Assembly: GCF_018350175.1 (NCBI RefSeq)
Contig: NC_058373.1
Span: forward strand, 128,092,001-128,156,000
Length of the DNA: 64,000 bases
Source: Felis catus
Taxonomy: Eukaryota
Direction of reading: 5' to 3'
The notes under the pieces were generated by a model. It did not search any database and was not told the origin of the DNA. It was given only the letters and a program-made list of their open reading frames with translations. The position numbers and the translations under genes were made by a program. Of the stretch, positions 12,311-25,076 are shown one piece after another. How positions within the stretch are numbered: the stretch's first letter is position 1; every line of letters starts with the position of its first letter.

Positions 12311-14037
12311 TTGCAAATGACCTACCTGGAATAAAGTTGATGATGCTCATCTTCTAAGATTGAAATCTTTAAAAGGGGTATCAGTTCATGCACAATGGGG
12401 CCAGACATGACTCCGTAGAAGGTAACTGAAAGTTGGGACTGCAAAGTGAAAAGAGAAGGAGGCTGAACAAGTTCCCAAAGTGCCATCGATATTAAGATAA
12501 AGTGAAAGGAACAAAATGAAAGTCGGGAAAGAGGGTTGGAATTGGCAGAGAGAGGAAGACATCTAAACAACATGAAAGCAATTGATGATAGTGCTTTGAA
12601 GAGCAAATGCCAAAATTGTTTACTATGACTGAGATCTAAACACGATAAGTAATGCAGAATCCATTGTTTCATCAATAAAGGCGTTTTAGGTACACTTCAT
12701 TAATGCAGATGTTTCTTACGTTACAACTCATTGGGTCCAAGGGCCTTCTGAAGTTATTTATAGGTTCAAAAAACTAATATTGCAAATTAGTTCCTTCAAG
12801 TGCTGTCTATTTGCTTCTACTTATAGTGAAATTACTCTGTAGGACAATTCCATCCAGCACTGAATCCTGAAGAAATACAATCTGCATTGGCACCTTGAAA
12901 AGTCGTAAACGCTGCACAGCATTTTAGGAAACAGAACAGTTGAAACACAAGTTATTTGTTCCTCTGGAGATTTATCGGGGATCGAAACTGCCATTTGTTC
13001 TGTGGTGACAGGTACAAGTCTAGCATTTCTCTTTGAATTCTCTTGCAAGCTTTTATTTAAGCAATTGCGATTGCAGCATAAGGCATTTCTGGAGATTAAT
13101 GACTGCCTGGGAGGGGTTACTCTGTGGTCCATTAACACCAGCCAGTCATTAATTTACATGAAAGGTCCTTCATGAAAGTTATCATTACTAATATGAGCTG
13201 AAAATAAAAGAAACATACAGTAGGTATATCGATTTCACCCTCTCCCCAAGGATGATGCAAAGTCATTTTATTTGTATAAGGATCTTCAAGAAAAATGAAT
13301 TTCCTGCATACAGGCCAATCACTGGGCTTAGTGCTATTCTCAGCAATCTAGTTTTGCCTATACTGAAACAACTAAAAAGGAAATATGACAGCAGAAGTCC
13401 CCAGACCTAATCCAAGCATGTCCAGTCCTATCAAAATGCGTAAACGTTAACTACAATTTTTGTTAAGCAGAGTAGGTTAAAAAAAAAAAAAACACATTGC
13501 CCTAGTTTATAATGAGATATAAACCTTAAATATACTCAGTTCCAAATTTACCTTTGAATGCTAAAAATAACTTTTTGTCCCAAATGTTTTAAGTGTTTTT
13601 TAAACTGTTTTCCATAATACTTATCATTAGGAATCATCATGAGAAAGTGCTTCAAAAAAGAAGGATATAATCAAGCTTTATCCTTTAAATATATCTTGAA
13701 TATTTTTTGGACTTTCAAGTACTTCAAGATTTATGGGATAAAATTCATAGACAAAAAAAAAGTTATATGATCTCTTGTACCCGTCGGGGTGGGGGGTGGA
13801 AGGGAGGATAAATAAGGCTGTTAAATCTTATTTTTTCTAAACACAACATGATACATGTACTGCAACAAAATTCAGCCTTCACTTTTCATCTTAAAAAATA
13901 CTTTCAACTTTCAACCTTCCCTTACAAGAATTAACATTATGCTAAATATGTTAGATGCCAGATCACTACATGCTTCCATCTTTTATTAAACATGTAGAAA
14001 AATTTGATTATGAGACCTAATGATATTAATAAAATAC

Positions 14038-14270
14038 CTATGTACATATACACATATAATGTACTCATGTACCCATACCTATCAGCACACATGTAGACAT
14101 GTACATATATATACATGTGTTTGCAAATGTGCATATATACCTATATTCACATGTGCATATGCATACATATGTGTGCACATATATGCGTTGTGTGAATATA
14201 CATACATGCACATGTATATGTATATTTGCATATACATACATATGTGCACATATTTGTGCAATCATGTGTG
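14038..14270. repeat. Degenerate alternating purine/pyrimidine (TA/CA/TG) tract
   Basis: About 230 bp of tgtacatatacacat...atatgtgcacatat. Confidence 0.9.
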
Positions 14271-15330
14271 CAATTAATCCCCAAATGCCCAACATACATA
14301 AGCTATACATTCACTGAAGTCATATTAAGCTTTGCCCCACAGTCTTCATTTTATAAACAACTTATACTTAAAGTCAAAATTGCAGTGATTTATTACAAAT
14401 CAGATAATCAAAAATAAGCATACATTTAGTAATTTTTTTGACAATACAAAGTTAATTTTAATTCTTTTATAACTTGAATTTGATTCTTTAAATAACCTAT
14501 CTTATACAGTATATTCTGTGTATTTAAAAATGTTTCTTAATATGTTCATTTCAAATAAATCTGAAATAAGTTGCTCTCTAATAGAATGTGAATCTGATTC
14601 ATCTGATCAGCTTAACAATAAAGGTTTCCTTAGACATAGCGTTAATGCAACAATTATTCTCATACATGAAATAACCTAAACCTGGAACTTCAAAGTATTG
14701 ACAGAAATGTATTTGAAACCTGTGATAAGATAAAAGTATTTTGTCAAAACCTATCATGAGATAAAAGTATATTGAAATAACTGCTTAGGTTTTTAAACCC
14801 TTTCTGACTATATGAGTAAATGAGGTGCCCCAGAGTTAAAAAAAAAAAAAAGGCACAGATATAGCTAAGTAGTCATTTGACAAGATCTTGTTTATCATTT
14901 TTATTAGGATTCGCAGAATCTTGGAAAAGAAATGGCATTACTAGCTTGGTAACAGATGATTTTGCAAATAATGCGGCTTTAAATTTTCTTTCAAAACTAT
15001 TAAAGAAGAATCTCATCAATTGTCTCTTGATAGATCAAAATAAAGAGTTCTGATGATAAATTACACTCATTTTAGCTTATAACTTGGAAAAATTCAAAAA
15101 GTTGATTGGCATTGCTGTAACAAAACACATTCAGTTTTGATCTATTATTTTATGTCAATAACTTTTCTTAGTATTTATAGCTCTACAAATAAAAAAAATC
15201 TCATTCTAAAAATAAATAATAGGTAACAATGGGATATGTTAATCTATAAAACAGAAAACAAAGATATAGTAAACAAAATTAAAGAGGAAATAAAAACTGC
15301 ACGTTATTTGAAAAGAGTAACAAAATCGAT

Positions 15331-15446
15331 AAACTTCCAAAAAGGAAGGAATCTTCTATGTAGAAGATTATCTCAACAATTTTGAAAACTTCCAAAAAGG
15401 AAGGAATCTTCTATGTAGAAGATTATCTCAACAATTTTGAAAACTT
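15331..15446. repeat. Perfect 55-bp tandem duplication
   Basis: 15331-15385 is identical to 15386-15440, followed by a 6-bp partial third copy (aaactt). Confidence 0.97.
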
Positions 15447-16861
15447 ATATGAAAGAATCAAAAATATAGAAAGATATAATTGACCAAAAGTGACTAAAAA
15501 ATAGGATGGGTCAACAGTAACTATACATAGAAAATTGAAGCCGTAATTAAAAATCTCCCCACAGACAGAAAACCCATCCAGATGTTTCACAGGAGAGTGA
15601 TAATAAGGTTCAAAAGCTAAAAAGACACACAGGGCTCATGTATGGGAAGAATTAATAGAATCAATTTAGTAAAGAACACACTGACTAGAAACATCAAATG
15701 TCTTCACAGTTATCTCAAATTTCAATGTAATTTTAATAATAATCTCAAATTCATAGAATTTTTCAAAATTAATGTAAAATTTACATGAAAGTCTCAAGGG
15801 CTAAGTATAGCCCAGTTACATCTGGAGCGGATTATAAAAAAGAATAAAAAGAAGTATTCATCCTATCTTTAGTGCTATTTATTATAAGCAATTACAGACA
15901 CAGGGATAGACAAAGCAGTGAATATAATAATAGGATTAAGAGCCCAGAAACAAACTTGCACATTTATGGAACATTGATTTAAGTGGGAAGAGACAATGTC
16001 AGATCAGTGGGGAAAAAAAGGAAATCTAGTCTACAATTGGAGCTAACAAGACATCCGTATGAAAATCCAAACAAAAATGATTCCTATCTTAACACATATA
16101 CACACATCAACTGCAAATATATTACCAGTGAAATGTCAAAAGCAAAATGTTTTAACATTTAGGAAATAAAGATAAATATCTTTCTAGCTTTGGGGTAAGG
16201 AAAACGATCTTAACACAAAAGCACTAATACCCAAGAGAAGAGATAAACTTGACTATATTAAAGCATAAACCTCATGTCCATCAAAAAGCACTTAAAATAA
16301 ATAAAAATATATGCTATAAACTGATTGAAAATATTTATATAGCATATACAACTAACAAAAGATCAATATCAAGAAGAAATATCCAGCAAACTATTGAGAA
16401 AAGTTAACACAACAGAGAAAAAAAATGGGCAAAAGTATGAACATACATTTCACAGAGGAGAAAACACAAGTGGCCAATAGAAGTATGATGACTTGTTCGA
16501 TCTTGAGAGTAATCAGAAAAATGAAAATCAAGATCACAGTAAGCTATTATTTTATAATCGCTCAACTGACATTAGCAAATATTAAATGTGACAATATGAG
16601 GGTTGGAGAAAATGTAAATCAACAGACTCTCTTCAGACAGCAAGGAGAAGCATAAATCAGTCCACCTGGTTTTGGAAAAGTATTTGACATGTAAAGTTGT
16701 ATAATCACATGCTTTACAAAGTAGCATCAAACTGAGAGAAACTTATGCAAGGTGCTTATCAAGATACTCATTCAAGAAAGTTAAAAAAATAGTACAAAAT
16801 ATGAACATAGCACACAAGCCATTGGTAATATAATGAATATACAAACTGTGATATATCAAAG

Positions 16862-17093
16862 TGATGGTTTTCAACCTCTAGTGATTTTGTACCCCAGGGG
16901 ACATTTGGTAACATATGGAGACATTTTTTGGTTGTCATAACGGGGGGGTGGGGGGAGGATGCTACTAGCATCTAGTGAGCAAAGGCTAGGGATACTTATA
17001 AACATCCTACCATCCTACAGAACAGCCTCGCCCCATGGCAAAGAAGTATCCAGTCCAAAATATCAACTGTTCTGCCAACGTTGAGAAACCTTG
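16862..17093 (+). mobile_element. MER20 (hAT-Charlie) inserted in L1
   Basis: tggttttcaacc...gattttgtaccccaggggacatttggtaacatatggagacatttttggttgtca...gttgagaaacc. Confidence 0.92.
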
Positions 17094-17889
17094 TGTTAAA
17101 GCAATGAAATCTACAGACAAGACAATAAGCAAACAACAATGAACTATACCTACATACCATGATATGGATGAATCATGACAATGTAATGTGGGATGGTGCA
17201 ATTATACACCCAAAGATTATTTATAATACATTAATCAAAACAGCAAGCAAAACTGAACCATTCATGAGTATATCTGAGTAATATATTCATGTAAAAACTA
17301 TATTAAACAAAAGAAGAATTATGAACATAATAAAAAAATGTATCCATGGGGAAAGGTAGGGCGATAGGATGGAAACACAGAGGTCGATCTAAGCAATTTG
17401 CAAATGTTGAAGTTCTTGTGTATCAGTGGGGACTCACAGGTGTTTATGAGAGAGAGAGAAAGCCACTCCAGGCCTGTTATGAGAGTATGTTACGAGCAAG
17501 GGTCATGACTCATCATAATTTTAATTGTATTTTATTAATATACTCCCACTTTCACAATAAATTCATATATTTATTCACTCTCCACTTAACATCCAAACAC
17601 AGAACACACTGACATCAAAAGCACTTTGTTAGCTGGGAAACAAAATAAACATTAGTGAGATGTTAGATCCTTCAAGCCTCAAATTGCTTTTCTAGCATTT
17701 GTCTGGTCTTTAGTTTGTTTATTGTATGTTAGATTATTTCTGGAAACATACTACCTGGTAAGTTGACTAGGTAGTATATACAGATACGTCTATCATATCG
17801 TGTTTTTATTTATTTAGTCAGTCAGTTCGTTAGGTGGGAGTTGTAACTTTCCTTACATGTAGAATTGGAAACCTAAAGTCTGGAAGTTA

Positions 17890-18190
17890 ATTTACTTTTC
17901 CTCCCTAAAGATATTCATTTGATCCAGCACCAACTGGTGGAAAGACCATAATCCCTCCACCTGGTTGCTTTTCCTCATTTGTCAAAAACTAATTGTCTCA
18001 GTTGGTTAAGTGTCCAACTCTTGATTTTGGTTCAGGTCCTGATACCATGGTTCGTAAAGTTTGAGCCTGCATTAGGCTCTGTGAGCCTGCTTGAGATTCT
18101 CTCTCTCCTCTCACACACATTCTCTCTTTCCCTCTCTCTCAATAACATAAATAAACTTAAAAAAATTGAACATACAGGTGTGGGCTCATG
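17890..18190 (-). mobile_element. Old L1 ORF2 fragment split by a CanSINE
   Basis: tccagcaccaactggtggaaagacc...tttgtcaaaaactaattg, resuming after the SINE as aacatacaggtgtgggctc. Confidence 0.55.
17997..18165 (+). mobile_element. 5'-truncated CanSINE
   Basis: Begins ctcagttggttaagtgtccaactcttgattttggttcaggtc; CT tract and A tail present. Confidence 0.88.
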
Positions 18191-20379
18191 GTTTTCTTTT
18201 AATAATACTAATAATCGGTTAAAAGCTACTAAAATTGTTCTGACGTATTGGTTTTACACCAAACTAAACTTACACTGGGTCAGGTAAGTTAGTTTACTGG
18301 AACTTATAAGGCAAGATTTCTGCCTAAAGGGTAACCATGCAATTCATTAAATATATATATACACACCAGTCTTGGGTGAACAAAACTCAGCTCAAATTAA
18401 ATGGGTTGTTTTCATTACTGTCCACAACTGCGGACAGTTGTCCATTGGTAACACCTTTGGGATGATTCAGAATTGATTTTATTTGCTGAATGGCACCCAA
18501 AGTGTTCTTGTATATTTATTCTTTTCAAATAATGAAATATGATAAAACACTCAAGATGAATCTAGAAGTGTGGCATGTGACGCCTGACTTTACTCCATTC
18601 CAGATTTCATTTTATTTGGTGGGAGAGGGGGGTAGAAAGAGGTAGAAACAGTACTAAATAAAAAACTACACAGACCAGAAATGCCAAGTGAATCTGTGGA
18701 TGTTTCAGATGCAGAAACAACCCAATAATGATACAAGCATGTCATGAATGAGACGGGAAGGTTTTTCTTCTTGCAGTAGAATAAGAGGTCCTTAATATTG
18801 CGGTACTTTCAGAGGCAACCTCTTTGTGCTCCCTTTTATCAAAAGATAGAAAGAGAGGGTTACATACAGTACAGTAGTTAATTACAATTCTGACAGGGCC
18901 AGGATGAGAAAACGGTGGCACTTACCTTTCCCATTTATGAATCAACAGCTAAAATAACCCAGGGATTATGGCCTTGAGACACCAACCTTGATATTTTCTC
19001 TATGTTACGTATCTATACGATAAAACTGTTCTTCATTAATATTTGCATGATTTTTTTTGCTTTCTATTACAAGAACGAACATGCTTTTTAGTCAAAGTGT
19101 ATATGAAAATCCTTCAAAACATACTTTAATAGGTAATAAAAATTACTCCCTGCTAAGCAATTTTTCACAGCGACTTGGAGAAACAACAATTTTGGATGAT
19201 CATGCACATGGGGTCATGTCTTAATAAAATTTATTGATTCTTGAAATAGGATTCTGCCACCTAATACATTTATTCTATTCTTAGGTTACCTCTCCCTGGT
19301 AAACATTGGAAAGACAACATATAACTGAGGTTTCAGCACTGAACTCAACTTTGATTCTGATGGAAAAATCAGAGCAAAACTGAGATGAGAAGGCTTTAAG
19401 GTGAGCTGTGCCCTGATACACATACATATAGGGACTTGTGCATTTGTGAATTTTTGTGGGCATGTTGACAAAGGTAGCCTCTTTAATATGGGTTATGGGG
19501 AGGAAGACCTCAGCTCTAATTGGGAACTTTCTGGCATTCTATCAAAGGCAAGGTTGTCTATGGACATATCATACATGGAGATGCTCATTCAGGGGCTGGA
19601 AAAATCACATATTTTCTAGAAATGTTGTTAAGGGAAATCAAGTAATTAAAGATAAATTCTAAGACCCTTTTAACTTCTTACTGCAATTTATTTTCCCTTC
19701 TCAGGAGAAACAGATGGGATCAAGATACTCTTGTCTGCTACCCTTAAACAAAGCACATTGCCTCTGTGCACATACTTAGGTAAGAAGTGTGTCTATGAAG
19801 GAAGTATTTGCAAAGTTTCTATGAATTGGCCTCCTTAGGTTAGAACTCAAACTTGAACTCTGTGGTGGTTCTTGCTGTTGCTGTTAATCAATGGGGAGTA
19901 ATGTCCCTGGTTTGCTGAGGAAGGTAAGAGAGCTTTGACTGGACGAGACTCTGGTTTTACAAGTTTGTCTCTACAGAATGTCATTTGTAATTGGAAGGTC
20001 TCCACACAAAACCAAAATGACAGTCTTCATGGGGTTTTGGTCTAGGCTTCTGGCAAAATTTTCAATGTCTACCTCTTCAGATCCCAATCATCTTTCAATT
20101 TCACAACTACACAAACGTAAAGGAATTTGTCCTGGGCAGAGGTATGCAGACCTTAACATCCTGGTGATGAGCTCATTCCAAGTGTGGGCTGTACTGACTC
20201 ACAAATAAGATGCTTCTTCCTCCAAGAAAGAAAGTGGGTCATTAACTCTATATAAAGACAGAAGTACAAACCCTCTTCATAAGAAAAATATATGGCCACC
20301 TTGGGTTTCTCAGACTGTGGGAGTCTTTAGATTCTTTGGTTTCTAAACTTTCTACACTGTTTAGGATGCTTTTATAAAC

Positions 20380-20856
20380 TGCATTAGTTTCCTGTTGCTG
20401 CTGTAACAAATTATCCCAAACTTAGTGGCTTACAATAGCACACATCTATTCTCTTATAGTGCTGGAGGTCAGAGGTCTAAAATGGCCCACCAGGGCTGCA
20501 TCCCTTTTAGAGGATCCAGGGGAGAATCCCTTCCCTCACATTTCCTACCTTGTAGAGGATGACTCTTTTCCTTGGTTCCTGGCACCCCTTCTCCACCTTC
20601 AAAGCCCAGCAACCTTTCTTTTCTCTGACCTCTGCCCTTCTCTAAGACTCTGACCATCTGTTCCTTCTTGGGATTACATTGGGTCCTCCTACATAATCCA
20701 GGATCATCTCCACCTCTCAAGACCTTTAACTTAATCACATCTGCAAAATCCCCTTTACCATGTAAAGTAACATATTCAACAGTTACCAAGATTAGGGTAT
20801 GGTCATCTTTGGCAAGGAGGTAGAGGTGGGAAGGGGGAATTATTCAGCCCATCAGG
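20380..20856 (-). mobile_element. MLT1C/D-like MaLR solo LTR
   Basis: tgcattagtttcctgttgctgctgtaacaaatta...ttaatcacatctgcaaaatcccctttaccatgtaaagtaacatattca. Confidence 0.92.
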
Positions 20857-21794
20857 TAACTATATTAAGAAGTTTTCTTTTCAATACTGAGCTGTAGTCA
20901 ATGTAAACTAAGAGGTGCTAACAACATTATTTGATTACACTTGGGTAACATGTCAAGGTGTAAAACATATGCCCAATGAAACTGAAGTTCTTGTGAGAAA
21001 ATAAAATATTAGTGACTCTAAATATAGTACTGCCTGTACTTTCCAGAACTTGGAAAACCCTTTAGGGGAATATAAATAATCCGTTGGGGGAGGGAACACA
21101 GCGTTGAGGAAAAGAATTCTAAGAAGGAACTCTAGTTAAGTCACCGAGGGCATAGAACTGCACAGAGACTTGGAAAACAAAAATTTCATGGCGAGGACAC
21201 CATATCACAACTGCCTTGAGGTGCTGTGCAGCTACTTATCTGTAAAAGTGCAATGAGAGAGGGAGAAAATGTGCTAGAAAAAAAATGTAAAGTTTAAATA
21301 AAATTCAGCAAGGAGGAAAATTGTGCATGTCAATATGTACCCCTTAAGCATTTTATGCAAACTTTCCTTGTGCTTCCTAGTTATACGGTCTTCTTTGGAA
21401 AGTATTTCTACTAATGTATTCAATTAAACCATGACAAACACATAAATGGGAGTAGTAGAGCCCCACATAAGGGAATTGGTGCATAATACTTATATTACAC
21501 TTTCAATTTTGTCCCTGAAACAATATTACAAGGTAGGTCCATTTACTATGAGTCCATTTACTATTAGGTGGATACAGATGCAGCAGACATAAGCAACAAA
21601 ACGAACATTTTTGTAACATCGTATGTATGTGTTCGTGTGTACAATGTTTTCCCTTAGTAGTTCCCAATATTTCATGAAATCAGCTAGTCTGACTCCACGA
21701 CATAAAAGCAGTATTAACTACTTAATATTCTCTAGTTGCAAGAAAATTGTAGGATGTTTTAGATCTTGAGAATAATCTGGAATCAGGGAGTGAG

Positions 21795-22278
21795 TTTATT
21801 GGTTGTGTCTGTTGCAGAGCAAATTACCATCAACTTAGAAGTTTATGACAATACGCACTTTTCATCTCACTGTTTCCGTGAGTCAGGAGCCCAGGCACAG
21901 GTTAAATGTGTCGCCTGCTTAGGATGTCACAGGCAGCAGTCAAGGTGACAGTCAGGGCTGGGTTTTCAGTAAGGTTCAGCTCGATAAGGTTCTGCTTCTA
22001 ATCTCTTTCAGGTTGTTTGCAGAACTTATTTTCTCTTAGTGATGTAGTGGCAGGATTCATAACGGTTTTTCCTCAAAGCCTATGGAGGAAAGAAAGAGAA
22101 AAAGACTAGAGCAATCTGCTAACAAGACAGAGTCTAGATCATCAATGGAATGCTACTCCATCACCTTTGACATGACATGTTCTATTAGTTGGAAGTAAGT
22201 CACCAGCTCCACCCAGCAACAAGGAGATGTTACACAGGACACCAGGAAGTGGAATCATGGGGCCATGTTGGTCTAACA
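21795..22278 (-). mobile_element. MLT1E/F-like MaLR solo LTR
   Basis: caaattaccatcaacttag...tctcactgtttccgtgagtcaggagcccaggcacag...accaggaagtggaatcatggggccat. Confidence 0.8.
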
Positions 22279-23652
22279 TTCACAGAGAGGAAAACAAGAC
22301 ATAAAGGAAAACAGAAAACCCCAGCACCATGGCTCATGCTTCTGACTGAAGACTTGGAATAATTTCTGCAGTTTGAAAAAGACATTGTTAGCAATGCAAA
22401 TGGTGGTTGTATATTTTAGCCAAGTCTGTGCTAGAATCATACTTTCTGGGACTCTGTCCTGATGTGTTGGGGAAAGTAGGCATTCACTGGGAGGGAAGGA
22501 TTTCAGGAAGACAAGAACAGTCAGGTCTTTTTCAAAATGATGACCCAAAGGTAGATTCTGAAGATCTAACTTTGATAAATTAATGTGCTTATTAAAGGCT
22601 TTGATTTTCTCTAACATATTTTTGTATCATCTTAAGAGGAGTACCTTAAGAAAGAATACACTACTAGTATTCTAGTACTAGTAAGCTACTAGTATTCTTT
22701 TATACTGGTGAATTTGATGAACAGTTTCCAGTAGACAGAACCAGAAAGACAGCATTAGGCATGAGCAAGAGCACAGGAGAGAAAAACAGAAGTTTCCAGG
22801 TGCCATGATTTTGTTGTTTTCCTTGTCTTCATATAGTAGATGATGCTGTGTGAGGAGAGTTCCTTCTCGTTATCTCTAAATAAAATTCTAGGCCATATAA
22901 GGATAAGCTAGCATTAAATATATTCACTTATTTTTGCAACAAATGAGTCTAATAGTGGGGAGTTAACGTAATGTGGAAAATTAACAGAAACTCTGATTTA
23001 AGAAGAAGGAGGGAAGTTTGATCTCTGCTAGAATCTCTAACAGAGACTATGAAAAAAAAAAGGCAAGGTACTTTGTCTAAGACCAATCTGGGGATCCCAG
23101 AAAGACTTCAAATGGTGAGGACATACAGAATGGTCCAGCTAATCATTCAATGGAAGTCCAACAAAATGAGCAAATGCTAAGTTTACCCCTGTACTGTCTA
23201 TTCTCGTGGACTGGGCAATACCCCAACATTCTGTCCTAAGTACTCAACAGGTTGTTTTTTTGTTTGTTTGTTTGTTTATGTTTCATGGCGGTGAATTGAG
23301 TAGGCTCGAGGGGCGTAATGAAGCTAAACTTCTCAGTAGATCAAGCAACACAAACCTGTATGTAGAGGCAGGCTCTGAAATCAATGAGATTCTAAGACTA
23401 GAGCTCCACTGTATCGCTCTGCTCACCAGCTTCTTAAATACTTTCAGGCAAGGTCAGAGAAGCGTGTAAAATATTTTTCGCTAGTCAGCATAACGTGAAC
23501 ACCATTTCAACAATAAAAGATTCATTCTCCCATTCTTACACTGATGATCAAACCCTCCGGTATTAGTTTATGTAGCAATGGTGGAGCTTCTCCTGGTACA
23601 GCCACCTCTGGAGTTTTGTCTCCAGATGGTGTAATAGTCATAAAGGTAGCAG

Positions 23653-23692
23653 GTGTGTGTGTCTGTGTGTGTGTGTGTGTGTGTGTCTGTGT
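23653..23692. repeat. Imperfect (TG)n microsatellite
   Basis: Read directly from the sequence. Confidence 0.95.
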
Positions 23693-24857
23693 GGTTTTGC
23701 ATTTGGTATCAGAAGAATTAAAAAGCCTAGATTTCACAATTGTACAGAAAACATTTATTGTTTTATACAAAGGTGTATATTCTCAATAGAAAGGGAAGTT
23801 AAAGTGATAATTAGTTTCCATCCCTGTAAATGGTTATTTCCACAATGTCATTCAGCAGAAACAAAGACACTTGAAGATATTGAAACATTTATCTCAACAA
23901 ATATAAGGTATATTCATAACAGTTTTCCCAAGGGCTAATTGGCTTTTTCAGCACAAGAAAATAAAACAAACTTAGAATAAATACTATGTACAATATACAT
24001 TTAAAGATTATAGGAAATCGCACTTTAAAAGCATTGGTTTTTGGTTTAACCAACTCACAATACAGTTGTATTAACATAAACTTTAAAGTTTCTGAATAAA
24101 GTGTTATTCCGCTTTGAAGCAGTTGGCCCTGCAACTCACGTTCCCTGACCTTGGCTGATGATTGTTTCCTATGCTAAATTGAGAAATCTGATTTCCCCAT
24201 TTGATTCATAAGCTAAAGTCATTGAAAGGTAGTCATTTTTCAGCTTTTAAAAATTTACTACCGGCATTTCAGTGTTTGTGAATTTGTTTACCTTACTTGT
24301 GCCTATAAAGGTGCCTTAGGAAAACCTCAAAGACAGAAAAGGAATTATTTTATTTCCTGTTTTACTTTTCTTATTCCACTCCATACATGCTGCCATTATC
24401 ATTACTGACAGAGTTCTGCTTGGAATTCAGCCATGTAGGGAGCAATAAATCTGTGATTTGAACAGATTCTTTGAAAGCAAACATGAAGAATTTTTGTAAA
24501 TTTACTGGGATAGGAATAAAGTGAATATCATCTTAAAATACTTGGGAAATGACCAAGTTATGTTACTAAAGGGGAATGAGAGAACAAGAATGAGCCTTGG
24601 GTAAGCAGAGAACATCATAAATCATGTAAGATAGCTCTGTGCTTTTATCCTTGGATCCATATGTTCTTCTCAAAGAAAAACAATGTATAACAATTTAGCA
24701 TCATTTTACTCAGCTCAAAGAGGGCCTGAGAATTCCCTTTTAATGGTGAAGTGACACCGTTTATAAACAATATACATCTATTTTGGTTTTCTTTTCTAAG
24801 TTTTGTTCAATTGTATTTAAAAAAAAATTACTTTAATCTTACTTAAGAAATATCCCA

Positions 24858-25076
24858 GGGGAACCTGGGTGGCCTAGTCAGTTGTGTGTCCGACTTTGAC
24901 TTGGGTCATGATCTCAGGGTTCGTGGGTTTGAGCCCTTCATCTGGCTCTGTGCTGATGGTCCAGAGCCTGGAGCCTGATTTGGAATCTGCATCTCCCTCT
25001 CTCTCTGCCCCTTCCCCTCTTGCACTGTGTATCTCTCTGTGTCAAAAGTAAATAAAACTTGAAAAAATTAAAAAAA
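24858..25076 (+). mobile_element. Feline CanSINE
   Basis: ggggaacctgggtggcctagtcag head, CT tract, A tail; degenerate TSD agaaatat. Confidence 0.94.

Larger units (their letters stand above)
15190..17450 (+). mobile_element. Old L1 (L1M/L1ME-like): decayed ORF2 3' part plus 3' UTR
   Basis: ORF 16425-16655 (GKSMNIHFTEEKTQVANRSMMTCSILRVIRKMKIKIT) resembles the L1 ORF2p C-terminus; also gagcccagaaacaaac; A-rich sense strand. Confidence 0.85.

Noticed and set aside
15331-15446. CRISPR-like reading of the palindromic direct repeat
   Set aside because: There are only two adjacent copies with no spacers and no cas genes, in a mammalian L1 context.
16425-16655. L1 ORF2-like peptide as an active retrotransposon gene
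   Set aside because: It is a short remnant in a heavily decayed, MER20-interrupted L1 with stops around it.
18418-18441. Short overlapping inverted repeats (acaactg-cgga-cagttgt; others at 40306-40327 and 58438-58457)
   Set aside because: Stems of 6-8 bp are expected by chance in 64 kb of AT-rich DNA.
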